From NCBI RefSeq assembly GCF_018350175.1, contig NC_058368.1, positions 107,882,001-107,946,000 of the forward strand: 64,000 bases of DNA. Reading direction: 5' to 3'. The translations under genes were made by a program, and so were the position numbers. The notes beneath the pieces are model-generated. The model did not search any database. It was not told where the DNA came from and saw only the letters and a list, made by a program, of their open reading frames with translations. This DNA comes from Felis catus. Its lineage: Eukaryota. Of this stretch, positions 39,270 through 51,906 are shown piece after piece (the first letter of the stretch is position 1; each line of letters opens with the position of its first letter).

Positions 39270-40075
39270 AGAGATAAGGAATGATATTAGCAATATGAAA
39301 CACAACTAGAATCATTAAGAATAACCAAGTGGAAATATTAGGCATGAAAAATTATTTGAAATGTGAAAACTAATATATAAGATAATAATATGAAGGATAC
39401 ACCTAAGACCAGTTTAGTTAAATTGTGAAGTCACATTGTCAGAAATCCTCCAGAGTCCTCAGGAAATAATAAAGAGCTTAAACAATAAAAAGAAAGGCTA
39501 AAGAGATTTGAAGGATAGAAATAGAAGACATAATGGAAGTTTCAGAAAGAAAAAAAATTAAAAATGAAGAGAAGAAAATATTTAAAGAAATAATGGAAAT
39601 ACCTTTCCCAGTATTAAAAAAAGTAAGCTTCAGTTATAAGGGTTTCATAGAACATCAAGAAAAAAGAAAAAGAAAAAAATCCACACATACAAACATTATA
39701 GAGAAATGTAGGAATATCAGAAACAAAGAATACTATATAACTTTAGAGGATTACCTACAAAGGAAAAAAAATAGTAACTTTAAACTTTTCACCAGTAATA
39801 CTAAAAGAAAGAAGATAATGGGGTAATATTTTTAAAGTATAAAAAGAGGGGTACTTTGATCTACAATTTTATGTCTAGCCACATTACCATTCAGATAGGG
39901 ATATATAATGAAAATACTCTCAGGCATTTAAAAAATAAACACCTCGGAAGGACTGTCACACAAAGATGGATGTTAAGAGCGCTTTTGAGAAACAAGAAAC
40001 AATTTTATAAGATGATGCAAGATACATGTGAAGTAAAGGTGATCAAAATCAAATATCTTGGTAAAGGTTATTTTT
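39270..40075 (+). mobile_element. Very old L1/HAL1 ORF1-like remnant
   Basis: A-rich; degraded ORF 39533-39826 (EEKKIFKEIMEIPFPVLKK) resembles L1 ORF1p. Confidence 0.55.
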
Positions 40076-40079
40076 GTTA

Positions 40080-40226
40080 GAAAGAAGGAAAAGAAAAAAG
40101 GAAGGAAGGAAGGAAGGAAGGAAGGAAGGAAGGAAGGAAGGAAGGAAGGAAAGAAGGAAAGAAGGAAGGAAGGAAGGAAGGAAGGAAGGAAGGAAGGAAG
40201 GAAGGAAGGAAGGAAGGAAGGAAGGA
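40080..40226 (+). repeat. (GGAA)n polypurine microsatellite
   Basis: two runs of aagg repeats separated by an aaag interruption. Confidence 0.98.
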
Positions 40227-40455
40227 GGGAGCTGGGATTAATGAAAACAAAATAAAAACATGCATCCAACCTTGATTCAAACTTTAAATTCTAGCCCTCA
40301 TTAATAGGATGAGGGGAAGGAGAAGACCAAATGGACCCAATAGTGCCAGTGTACTTTACTTGTGAAAGGTAAGTTATCAATACCCATACTTGAAGAAAGC
40401 AAGAATGTTAATGTTAAGTTATGATTATGACAGTTTTTCCTCTCCCTCTACAATT

Positions 40456-40663
40456 TGTTTTTAATGTTTATTTATTTTTGAGAGACAGAGAGAAACACAA
40501 GCAGGGGAGGGGCAGAGAGAGAGACAGAGACACAGAATCTGAAGCAGGCTCTAGGCTCCGAGCTGTCCACACAGAGCCTGATGCAGGGCTGGAACCCACA
40601 AGCTGTGAGATCATGACCTGAGCCGAAGTCAGATGGTCAACTGACTGAGCCACCCAGGCGCCC
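40456..40663 (-). mobile_element. CanSINE
   Basis: TSD tctacaatttgtttttaa. Confidence 0.96.
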
Positions 40664-40795
40664 CTCTACAATTTGTTTTTAACCTATTGCTCTATTTATG
40701 TTTCATGGATTTAGAGGGTTTTTAAAATTTTTTTAAACAGAATGAATCATAATGATAACTAGTTTCTGACTACCGTTTCTGCAAGGCATAGCATA

Positions 40796-40865
40796 GCCGC
40801 CGCCGCCGCCGCCTCCTTCTTCTTCTTCTTCTTCTTCTTCTTCTTCTTCTTCTTCTTCTTCTTCT

Positions 40866-40910
<45 letters not shown>

Positions 40911-40934
40911 CCTTTCTCTCTCTCTCCCTCCCTC

Positions 40935-41003
<69 letters not shown>
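40796..41003 (+). repeat. Compound microsatellite (GCC)6-(TTC)~18-(TC)n-(AC)n
   Basis: read directly from the sequence. Confidence 0.98.
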
Positions 41004-41007
<4 letters not shown>

Positions 41008-41139
41008 TAATGAGGCATATTACTCTCATTCTCCTACCTGGAGGTTTTTAACCACAATTGGATTGGGCTGAATTCAATCCCATGTCCCCAAAGTTAAAAG
41101 TTTCAGACTCACTTCATCTCTTCTACTCACTGAATATAT

Positions 41140-41353
41140 TTATTTTCTTTTTCTTTTTTTTTTTTGTTGTTTTAGAGAGAATGAGAAGAGTGTATGAGCT
41201 GTGGAGAGTGGCACAGGGGGAGAGAGAATCCTAAGCAGTCTCCACACTCAGCACAGAGCCCAAAGCAGGACTTGATCCCCACAACCTTGGGATCATGACC
41301 TGAGCCGAAATCAAGAGTCAGATGATAAACCTACTAAGCCACCCAGGTGCCCC
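41140..41353 (-). mobile_element. CanSINE (older)
   Basis: reverse complement of the SINE. Confidence 0.9.
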
Positions 41354-44300
41354 TCCATTTAATTTTTAATGCCAATGCAACAAGACATCCTGAAAGCCAA
41401 AATGAATATGTGTACCTTTTGGGTGAAAATATTCTAACTAGAGTGGTGAATATAAACCCACCACAGGACCACATACAATTACCTTAGATACTACTCTTAC
41501 TAATACTATTAAAGGTGAATAGCATTTTATAATTTATCTATATATTCATATAAACATAAACATATCATTGTACTATCATGTGGGCAGAGAAATATCATTA
41601 TTGCCATTTTATAGATAGGGAAATAGTAGTCCAAAGTGATTACTCTCATAAGAATACAATGTGAATGTAACACTTGCTTATTTTCAGTTTGATTCTCCTA
41701 TAATAGATCATCTTATTATTTCATACAAAGTAGGTTGAATTTGTCTTTGCTACTTCTGTACCTTTCAAGCCAAATTCAGTCAATCTTTAACATTCAATTT
41801 TTAGTTTAAACCTATTTCTCTATGGTCATATTTGTGAACACATACATATATACACAGAATTTCACAGTACATCTTCTGCCTGACTACTCAGAAGATGAAG
41901 AAAATGAATATTTTTCCTAATACTTGATTATTTCTTCTCATAATGAAAGCTATAACTTATCAAGTGATTATTATACACTAAACACCATAAACACTAAATA
42001 ATCCCATAATTCGAATATTAGAAAGTATCTACATTCTAGATTTGAGGCTCCATGAGGTTAAATTCATTAAGTTGCTTACTTAAAGTCTCAGAACTAGTAA
42101 GCGGCAGAGCTAGGATTCAAATCCATACTTCTCCCAAATCCCATGCATTTAATAACTTGGCCCTGCAACTTGCTGAGCATAAATATAAAAGTTCCACAGA
42201 TTAATTTTGTGACTAAGGTCAAAAACAATCTACTCAATAGGTAAGATATGGAAGAGTCCATGTTGGGCTTGTTGTTAACATTGGCAGTTCCAGGGCAAGC
42301 CTACAGATGAAAGCCCTCAGGAGGATAGAGTCATGGAAGGGGCCCAAGAAACCTCTGAAATAGACTTGGAGTCATTCATACAGGGAACGCCAGGTGTGGG
42401 GAACCTAGATTGTGGTGGCGAGGGGCACAGGCTTCAGGTAGCATGTTCCCTTGTCCCCTTGGACTTCTTGCCTTCTAGAGAAAGGTGCAGCCAGAAAAGG
42501 GCCAGAGTGATGCCTGGCTCCAGTTGCCAGGGTAATAGTAGTACATGGTAAGTATTTAACTACCAAATTTTCACCCAATGAGAGGAAAGGGGATTTCTTA
42601 TATCAAATGAAAAGGCAACTAAATGGAACCTGCAAGGAATCTTATTTGGATATTAGTCAGTCATAGATTGGACATTGTCCATATACAAATAATCATTCGG
42701 ACAAGTCAATTAACCTTATTAGTAATGAAAGAATTGTAGATATAAAGCAATAATAATGTTTTCATGTTTCACATTAGCAAATCCCCTTTAAAATAAGACC
42801 AAGCTAAATGCTGGTGAGATGGAACTGAGGCTACCACTCAGATAAGGAATTATCTGTCCTTAACTTTTTTGAAAAGTGATTTGGGAATTTGAACAAAATG
42901 TTTCAAAACCTATATTTGACCCAATAATTTCACATATGGAATCTAGCCTAAAAAATAATCTACAATGCCTAAAACCATAATATCTCTACCTATGTACATG
43001 ACAGTATTGTATATAATGATTTAAAATGAAAAGTAGTATAGTAAGTTTACAATTAGGGAGTAGAGATTCAGGATTTGGTAAATATATCTAATTGACTATT
43101 ATGTACTATTAGAATATGACTTACTAAAGTTTTGATAGCACAGGGAAATACTTGCATTCTAAGTTTAAATTTCAAAAGCAATGATAGCTCTTTTGTGTAC
43201 AGAGTATTATATTCATTCCGTAAAGATATGTATAAATAAAAGACTAGAAGCAATTAAACTAAAATCATAAATAAAGCGAGTAATGGCTAAAATAAATCCT
43301 ATACTTGGTAATCACTGAGGTAGCTGGGGGTCTTTAAGTCGGAGATATCCACTGTTAGGTCTCCATGAAATAAATAACATGTTGAGATTGTGATTTTTGT
43401 GAACAACTACGAAAAAAAACATGTGTATTGTTGAACATTCAAGCCACTATAATCAGTAAGGATAGTATTCCATTGATTTGCATAGCATGATGTTTTTTAA
43501 GAGAAATTAATGGAGATTGATCATTGTTTCTTGCCTATTTTGACTACAACAAAGAAAAAGAGTTTCCTTAATGATATTACAGATAATAGACTACATTTTA
43601 TTTTTATTCGTCTAATACCAACATTAAGGCCATTTGTGAAAATCCATGTCCTTTGTTTGCCAAAATATTTCTTTTAATTTGAAACAAGCTGTTGGCTTTA
43701 GTACTGTTTCATTATTTTATTTAACAAATGTTAATAGAGCACACATAATATTCCAAGATTGTGTTAAGTACCTGTAATAAAAGAGGATTCAAACAGTCTA
43801 CCTGTTTTGAAATTCTTTAGAATTGATGTACCAGATGCAAACATTCCTAATATGCTCTACATTCATATTTAGTTGTTCCTCAAAAACGCTTAAGAGTGTC
43901 CTATTTTTTGAGAACAAAGAATAATCAAATGAAAACCACCAAGGCACCATGGAGGCCAGAGACATTGTTTTGGTTGCCTTATACTCAGGCAGTGGTTGAA
44001 ATGTCCATGAATTGGGCTTCAGAGAGACTGCTTGTAATAGCGATGAACTGGCTGCAAAAAAAAAGACAGAAAACTTTGATTCATTGCAGAGCTTATAAGT
44101 GACCTTCACTGTGATCTTCTTTAGCCTGTTTGAGCACCTCCATAAATCAAATCTGAAACAGTGTTTTTTTTTTTTTCTCTCAGTGAGTCAATTCCTAAAA
44201 TTCAGTGTAATCTCTACATGGAGAGTCTGAATGACTGCAAATGTATTCTCCACTATGATCAGAAGTGCTAATTTGATACAATTGAAGTATCAAAAAATAA

Positions 44301-44884
44301 ATAACACTCATTTCTTTAATATGTGTTACTTCACTGAACAGTGAAGAAGAGAGCAGGCCTCACTTTTATTTCTTTAATTCTTTGAAAAAAAATTCCTTGA
44401 CCAAATGATAAAAACTTACGTAATTTTTCGGGTGATAATATGTTCTGAACAAGTAGTTGTAAATGAAGTACTAGTTGATTCCAGAGGAGCCCCGTAGAGT
44501 TTTTTCCCAGCAAGGTTGGACAATAAATTAAATTCAGATTCTTGACAGTTTTATGGTAAATACTCAGCAGTACTGCACCACACAGCTGTGATTGTAGAAG
44601 CAGGTATGCTCCTTATCAATTAAATCCTATTATTTAGAAAAGAATCTCTACATTATCATATTTAAGAAGTATCACAAGATAGGACAGTTCATTTTGAAAT
44701 AAAAAGTTAGCCTCATTATCATTGCCTCTTTGAGCTTACCAACAATATCGACAAAAAACAAATACAAAACAACAGTTAAGAAAAATCTCTCTGCTTTTTC
44801 CTTGCTGACTTCTTAAGGAATACTGGAGGAATAATCTTTGTGCCTGGTATCTTACAACAATTACTTGGTAAAGAGCCATAATAC

Positions 44885-44999
44885 TTTTTTTTTAAGATTG
44901 TATTTGTTTAAGTGATTGCTGTGCTCATTGTGGGGCCCAGACCCACGACTCCAAGATCAAGAGTTACACGCCACACCAACAGAGCCAGAAAAGCACCCC
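44885..44999 (-). mobile_element. Short CanSINE subfamily
   Basis: TSD aagag(c/t)cataatacttt. Confidence 0.88.
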
Positions 45000-45499
45000 A
45001 AGAGTCATAATACTTTATTAACAATTAGATAACACAGCATGAAAAAAATATTTGTTAGGTACACACCCACACTCCCCCCCCCACACACACCCTTGGTGAT
45101 GAACACATTTTATTAATTGAACCGACATTTTAAAACTCTTCAGTATTCATCCAACTTCACCTACTTCATCCTTTTTGTTTGTTTGTTTATGTAATTAGTA
45201 TTTATCTGCTACTGAAATGATCTACTTTTAAAAACACTGCTGGCCATCAATTTTTATCAATCAAGTTCTTTGTCTTCTTTACCAATTTTCCTAAAAAACA
45301 TTTGTGTTTGGTCTACACTTGGCTCCTTTAGAAAATGTAATCCCTTAAAGGAATTTAAAAAAGTGTCCAACAGTATGTTGTGAACTTCATCTGTGATAGG
45401 CATTGATTGCAAATAATATACCTTTATAAAATCTCGCATTTCTTCCAATACATTATGGTAGCCTGGATTATCATTCCAACTCTTCCCCTGACATTCTCC

Positions 45500-45940
45500 C
45501 AACTCCTGGCCCTGGCTGCCACCACTTCCTGACAGACTTGTACCTCCACCTGTTTTGCCACCTTCTTTATAGTGCCCCCTCCCACCGTGGGTGATGTGTA
45601 TTTTCCTACCTTTGTGATGTTGGGATTGACCATGTAACTTGTTTTGGCCACTGGAAGCATCAAAAAAGGCATCGTGTGTTTCGACCTCCCTTCTTGTGCC
45701 TCAGTCATTACCATGAGACAGACTTTCATGTTAGTTCTTTAGTTAGCTTACTGATCCTGGGAAAAGGGTGAGGAGGGAGGTGAAGGAGAGCTGCCTAGTC
45801 TATCCTAGTGACCAGAGTCTCATGCAGAGCCGTCCTAATGGATCTGCAGATCTACGAGAATAAATGACTGTTTTTTAAGCCTCTGAATTTTGGGTAGTAT
45901 ATTACACAACAGTGTTTTGCCAGTATTTCACTAGTATACC
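45500..45940 (+). mobile_element. Old MaLR LTR (MLT1-like)
   Basis: 'gaccatgtaacttgttttggcca' and the 3' 'aataaatgactgttttttaagcctctgaattttggg'. Confidence 0.6.
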
Positions 45941-47297
45941 ATGACTACCCTTGGTGATAAGTAACAATGAAGAAATTCCTGCAATGTATTTCTTTCTTTT
46001 GGTAGGAGCCTAAGTGACCATCTTCCGTGAAATATAGAAAAGAGCAATTTTTAGGAGACAAGAAATTACCTGGAAAAATATTTGGTCTTTTCTGTTCCTT
46101 TTTTTCCCCCTTGTCTTTTCTTGGCAAACAAGTAAAGTGGTCTTTGACAAGTCTCTTACTCTTTCTATGCTTCATTTATAAAATTGAAAATGTTAATACT
46201 TTGATGCCACAAGATTGAGTCCTTAGATATACTGATATCTATGTCCAGATTTTTTTTATTACAATACACAGTTTTATAAAACGAAGCCATATTATTATTT
46301 CAGGACACTCCAGCTCCAACTTCATTATTTGGTGTAGTGGCATAGCAAATTAGTATCTTGTTGAACTACAGGAGTTCTGAAGCAGGAATTGGGAGACCTG
46401 GGGATAAACTTCCCAAAGGATAGGGCCAAGAGCAGACACTGAACACAGATTTGGGGAACCAAGGTGAACAAACGCATTTTGGTGTCTGCAGTAAGATCTG
46501 AGATCAGAATCGACAGGAGGAGATACAATTTTCTGAACATTGTGTCTGACCCTTTTCTAAATCTCCATGCTTTCTTACCTTTTCTCTCTGGTCTCAGAGG
46601 AACAAGGGTGTCTTGTCAAATACGTTATAGTAGCAGAAGACCATCATTGGAGTTACATACCTGGCTCCGGATTTGTTTGCTCCTTTTCATCTCCTGGCTG
46701 TGGTTTATGATAAGAAATGGGCAAGTGCACATATGTTCAGGTCAAACAAACTTAATTACTTTGCCAACTCTCATCACCTTGCTCCATTGCTCAGGTTAGA
46801 GAGGCTCTTAGCTGAAAGACAAGATTTACCATCTTCCCAGGCTGTTGAAACAAATAAGTAAGTTTACAATTTTTTTTGTATGTATTTATTCATCCTCCAT
46901 TAAGTTTTATAGAGGATTTGAGGCAAGGAATTGCCACACAGTCAGGGAGACTGGGGAATACATGCTTTTCGCTGGGTGGCAAACTGCCCAGATAGAAATG
47001 AGCAGAGAGGGAAAATGGGATTTGTGAACCAATTAACCATTTCTGCCACAGTGATAAATCTCTGTGTTTTGCTTCTGAATTTATGGCACTATAAAATGCT
47101 TACTTTTTCCTGACCTAAATTTCTGTTAATTCAACATGTTCATTTTTTCAGATTGTAGCAATTACTGTGGGCTCACACCCTAAGGTGCGATATGTCTGTC
47201 CAGCATAGCTACTTCTTACCAAGATGGTCATTTCTAAGACATACCTGATCAAAATACAGTGATTTCTTTTCAGCTTTCTCTCTTTTTTTAAGTTTTT

Positions 47298-47527
47298 TGT
47301 TTTTTTTTTAATTTTTTTTGTGTTTATTGATTTTTGAGAGAGAGAGAGAGACAGACAGAACATGAGTGGGGAAAGGGCAGAGAGAGAGGAAGACATAGAA
47401 TCTGAAGCAGGCTCCAGGCTCAGAGCTGTCAGCCCAGAGCCCGACGTGGGGCTCAAACTCACAGACCACGAGATCATGACCTGAGCCGAAGTCGGATGCC
47501 CAACTGATTGATCCACGCTCGTGCCCC
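47298..47527 (-). mobile_element. CanSINE inserted in the L1 3' tail
   Basis: TSD tttttttaagttttt. Confidence 0.95.
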
Positions 47528-47918
47528 AATTTTTTTTAAGTTTTTATGTAAATTCAGGTTAATTAACATACAGTGTAATATTAGTTTCAGGCGTACAATA
47601 CAGTGATTCAGTATTTCCATACAACCCTGGTGCTCACACAGTAAGTGCCCTCCTTTAATCCCCATCACCTATTTAATCCATCCTCCTCTCCCATCCTCCT
47701 CTGGTAACCATTAGCTTATTCTCTATAGTTAAGAGTCTGTTTCTTGGTTTACCTCTTTCTCTCTTTATTTTTCCTTTGCTCATATATTTTGTTTCTTAAA
47801 TTCCACATATGAATGAAATCATATGGTATTTGTCTTTCTCTGACTGACTTATTTTGCTTAGCATAATACTCTCCAGCTCAATCCATGTCATTACAAATGG
47901 CAAGAATTCATTTTTTTC

Positions 47919-48085
47919 GGGGTGCCTGGGTGGCTCAGTCAGTTAAGCATCCGACTTCAGCTCAGGTCATGATCTCACAGTTTGTGAGTTCAAGCCCCCC
48001 ATCGGGCTCTGTGCTGATAGCTCAGAGTCTGAAGCCTGCTTCAGATTCTGTGTCTACTTCTCTCTCTGCCCCTCCCCTGCTCGTG

Positions 48086-48133
<48 letters not shown>

Positions 48134-48160
48134 AATAAATAAACATTAAAAAAATGTTTT
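47919..48160 (+). mobile_element. CanSINE nested in L1
   Basis: TSD aagaattcatt. Confidence 0.96.
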
Positions 48161-48236
48161 AAAGAATTCATTATTTTCTGTGCTAAAGTAATATTCATGA
48201 TATATATATCTACATACACATGTGTATATATATATG

Positions 48237-48268
<32 letters not shown>

Positions 48269-49130
48269 CACATGTAGATACTTGTGTGTGTGTGTGTGTG
48301 TGTATCACCCACCTTCTTTATCCATTCATCATTTGATGGATACCTGGGCTCTTTCCATAGTTTGGCTATTGTAGATCAGGCTGCTATAAACCCTGGGGTG
48401 CATGTATTCCTTTAAACTAGCATTTCTGTATTCTTTGGGTAAATACCTAGTAGTGCAATTGCTGGGATCATAGGGTAGTTCTATTTTTAATTTTTTGAAG
48501 AATCTCCATAGTGTTTTCCAGAGTGACTGCATCAGTTTGCATTCCAAACAACAGTGCAAGAGACTTCTCCTTTCTCCACATCCTCACCAACATCTGTTGT
48601 TGTGTTGTTCATTTTAGCTGTTCTGACAGGTGTGAGGTGATATCTTATTGTAGTTTCGATTTTTATTTCCCTGATGATGACTGATGTTAATCATCTTTTC
48701 ATGAGTCTATGGCCATCTGTATGTTTTCTTTGGAAAAATATCTATTCATGTCTTCTTCCCATTTTTTAACTGGATTGGTTTTTTGTTGTTGAGTTGTATA
48801 TTTTATATGTTTATATATTTTGGATACTAACCCTTTATGGGATATGTCATTTGCAAACATATCCTCCCATTCTGTAGGTAGACTTTTAGTTTCACTGATT
48901 GCTTCCCTTGCTGTGTAGAAGCTTTTTATTTTGATGAAATCCCAATAATTTAATTTTGCTTTTTTCCCCCTCTTATCTCAGGAGAGATATCTAGAAAGAA
49001 GTTGCTATAGCTGATCAAAGAGGTTACAGCCTATGTTCTGCTCTAGGATTTTTATGATTTCAGGTCTCACATTTAGATCTTTAATCCATTTTGAATTTAT
49101 TTTTGTGTTTGGTGTAAGAAAGTGTTCCAG

Positions 49131-49349
49131 GATTACCAGGGTGGCTCAGTTGGTTGGGCATCCAACTTCAGCTCAGGTGGTGACTTGATGGTTTATGGGT
49201 TCAAGCCCTGCATCAGGCTCTGTGCTGACAGGTTGGAACCTGGAGCCTACTTTGGATTCTGTGTGTCTCTCTCTCTGTCTCTCTGCCCCTCCCCTGCTCA
49301 TGCTCTGTCTTTTTCTCTCTCTCAAAAATAAATAAACATAAAAAAAAAA
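49131..49349 (+). mobile_element. CanSINE nested in L1
   Basis: imperfect TSD aagaaa(g/t)tg(t/g)tccagg. Confidence 0.93.
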
Positions 49350-50533
49350 GAAATTGGTCCAGGTTCATTCTTTTGCATGTTGCTGTCCAGTTTTCCCAAA
49401 CCCACAGCTAATATCATCCTCAGTGAGGGAAAACTGAGAGCCTTTCCTCTATGATCAGTCCATTCTTGCCACTGTGATTTAATACAGTACTGGAATTCCT
49501 AGCCATAGCAAACAACAAAAAGAAATAAAAGACATCCAGATCAGCAAGGGAGAAGTAAAACTTTCACTATTTGCAGATGACATGAAACTCTGTATAGAAT
49601 ACCCAAAAGACTCCACCCAAAAATTGCTAGAACTGATACCCAAATTTAAAGTCACAGGATATAAAATCAACATACAGAAATCTGTTGCACTTCTGTACAC
49701 CCAATAATGAAACAGCGGGAAGAGAAATTAAGAAATCAATCCCATTTACACCGTCAATCAATCCCATTTACACCAATCTATCCCATTGCACCAAAAACAA
49801 TAAGATACCTAGGAATAAACCTAACCAAAGAGGTAAAAGAACTGTACTCTGAAAACTGTAGAACACTAATGAAAGAAATGGAAGAGAACACAAGGAAATG
49901 TAAAGACATTCCATGTTCATGGATCAGAAGAATAAAGATTGTTAAAATGTCTACACTACACAAAGCAATCTACACATTTTATGTAATCCCTATCAAAATA
50001 CCAGCAGCATTTTTCACAGAGCTAGAACAAACAATCATAAACTTTGGGTGGAACCACAAAAGACTGCAAATAGCCAGAGCAGCCTTGAAAAATAAAAACA
50101 AAGCTGGAGACATCATAATTCCAGACTTCGAGTTATATTACAAAGCTATAGAGATCAAGACAGTATGGTACTGGTACAAAAACAGATACATAGACCAATG
50201 GGACAGACTAGAAAGCCCAGAAATGAACCCAAAACTATATGGTCAATTAATCTTTGACAAAGTAGGAATAACTATCCAATGGGAAAAAAGATAGTCTCTT
50301 CAACAAATGATGTTGGGAAAATACAGTGATTTCTATTCAGGATATTTAAACCCTATTTGTAGAACATCACAGACATGTCGCTATGTGTTTTTATTTAAAA
50401 TCATCTACATATTAGAAGGAACAAAAGGAGGTGACCTATGGTCATTTAATAAATAGGCATTATGAATGCTAACGGCTACTATGCACATTGGTGGAATGCA
50501 GGCAGAACATGAACCAGTGAACTGTTGATCTTC

Positions 50534-50748
50534 TTTTTTTTTTAATTTTTTTTTTAATGTTTATTTTTGAGAGAAAGACAGAGTGTAGGCGAGGAAGGGG
50601 CAGAGAAAGGGAGACACGGAATCCAAAGCAGGCTCCAGGCTCTGAGCTGTCAGCACAGAGCCCGACACAGGGCTCCAACTCACGAACCACGAAATCATGA
50701 CCTAAGCCGAAGTCGGACACTCAACCGACTGAGCTACCCAGGTGCCCC
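50534..50748 (-). mobile_element. CanSINE
   Basis: TSD tgaactgttgat. Confidence 0.96.
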
Positions 50749-50893
50749 TGAACTGTTGATTTTCTAACTAAATTGTGGAATGATTTTACAGTTGAAGCTA
50801 CCACAGACAATTTTGAAGAGCCATTCTTGTCCCTAATTGCACAGGAACTTCTGCAAGAAAATCCTAAGATGTTACAGCTATCTCACATTCTTT

Positions 50894-51113
50894 TTTTTTT
50901 TTTTTTCAACGTTTATTTATTTTTGGGACAGAGAGAGACAGAGCATGAACGGGGGAGGGGCTCTGAGAGAGAGAGGGAGACACAGAATTGGAAACAGGCT
51001 CCAGGCTCTGAGCCATCAGCCCAGAGCCCGACGCGGGGCTCGAACTCCCGGACCGCGAGATCGTGACCTGGCTGAAGTCGGACGCTTAACCGACTGCGCC
51101 ACCCAGGCGCCCC
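50894..51113 (-). mobile_element. Very young CanSINE (SINEC_Fc)
   Basis: CpG-rich, uninterrupted poly-T, perfect 15-bp TSD tatctcacattcttt. Confidence 0.98.
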
Positions 51114-51683
51114 TATCTCACATTCTTTGTGTTAGTCTTACGAAGTTAATTGCTTGGGGCATAAATATCAGACAATAAGACACAAAGTTATTGCAAGAAT
51201 AAGCTTGAGGGAACTCTCAACATGGGTCTGAGTTAGGAAAGTTATCAGGACACCATGAAGCACAGCCTCCGGAAAGAAGAAGCCACAGTAAAATGCTGAA
51301 AATCAGCAGTAGACTGGATTTCACAGTTGCTCTGCACATATAGAGATGGAATGAGTCCTGCTAACAGAAAAGTAATTTTTATTGTAGCTCAAGGTAGTAG
51401 CCCTAAACAGCTGGTAGTAAATAAATTAATACTATTTTACATTTGTAAGAGTCCTTTTCCTTCCTCATTTCAGGATATGTATTGTTATTTACACATCACA
51501 GATGAGGAAATTGAGGCTCCTAGAGGTGAGATTCCTTTGCCAGGATTACAGAAACACCAATCAGCACCTGGAGACATCTTACACAAAATACCAGCATGCC
51601 TGTGCCCAGAGAGCTTATTGAAAACACCAGGTACCAGAGGATCAGTCTCTTGCAGGACTTAGTTTTATCATCCTGTATCTTTT

Positions 51684-51906
51684 CTTTTTTATTATTTTAT
51701 TTTTTTTAATGTTTATTTATTTTTGGAGAGAGAAAGAGTGTGAGTGGGGGAGGGGCAGAAAGAGAAGGAGGCACAGAATCCCAAATGGGCTCCAGGCTCT
51801 GAGCTGTCATCGCAGAGCCTGATGCAGGTCTCGAACTCACAAACTGCAAGATCATGACCTGAGCTGAAGTCTGTCGCTTAACCTACTGAGCCAATCAGGC
51901 ACCTCT
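51684..51906 (-). mobile_element. CanSINE
   Basis: TSD atcctgtatcttttct. Confidence 0.95.

Larger units (their letters stand above)
47268..50321 (-). mobile_element. Carnivore L1 insertion with a 5' inversion: 3' part on minus (47268-~49399), ORF2 RT-region part on plus (~49399-50321)
   Basis: minus ORF 48329-48559 and plus ORF 49707-50294 ([19 protein letters not shown]...DIPCSWI) are both ORF2p; 17-bp TSD aaaatacagtgatttct (47251-47267, 50318-50334). Confidence 0.93.

Noticed and set aside
39973..41018. Low-complexity ORFs (KEGR, PSFL, poly-E, poly-R)
   Set aside because: Translations of microsatellites.
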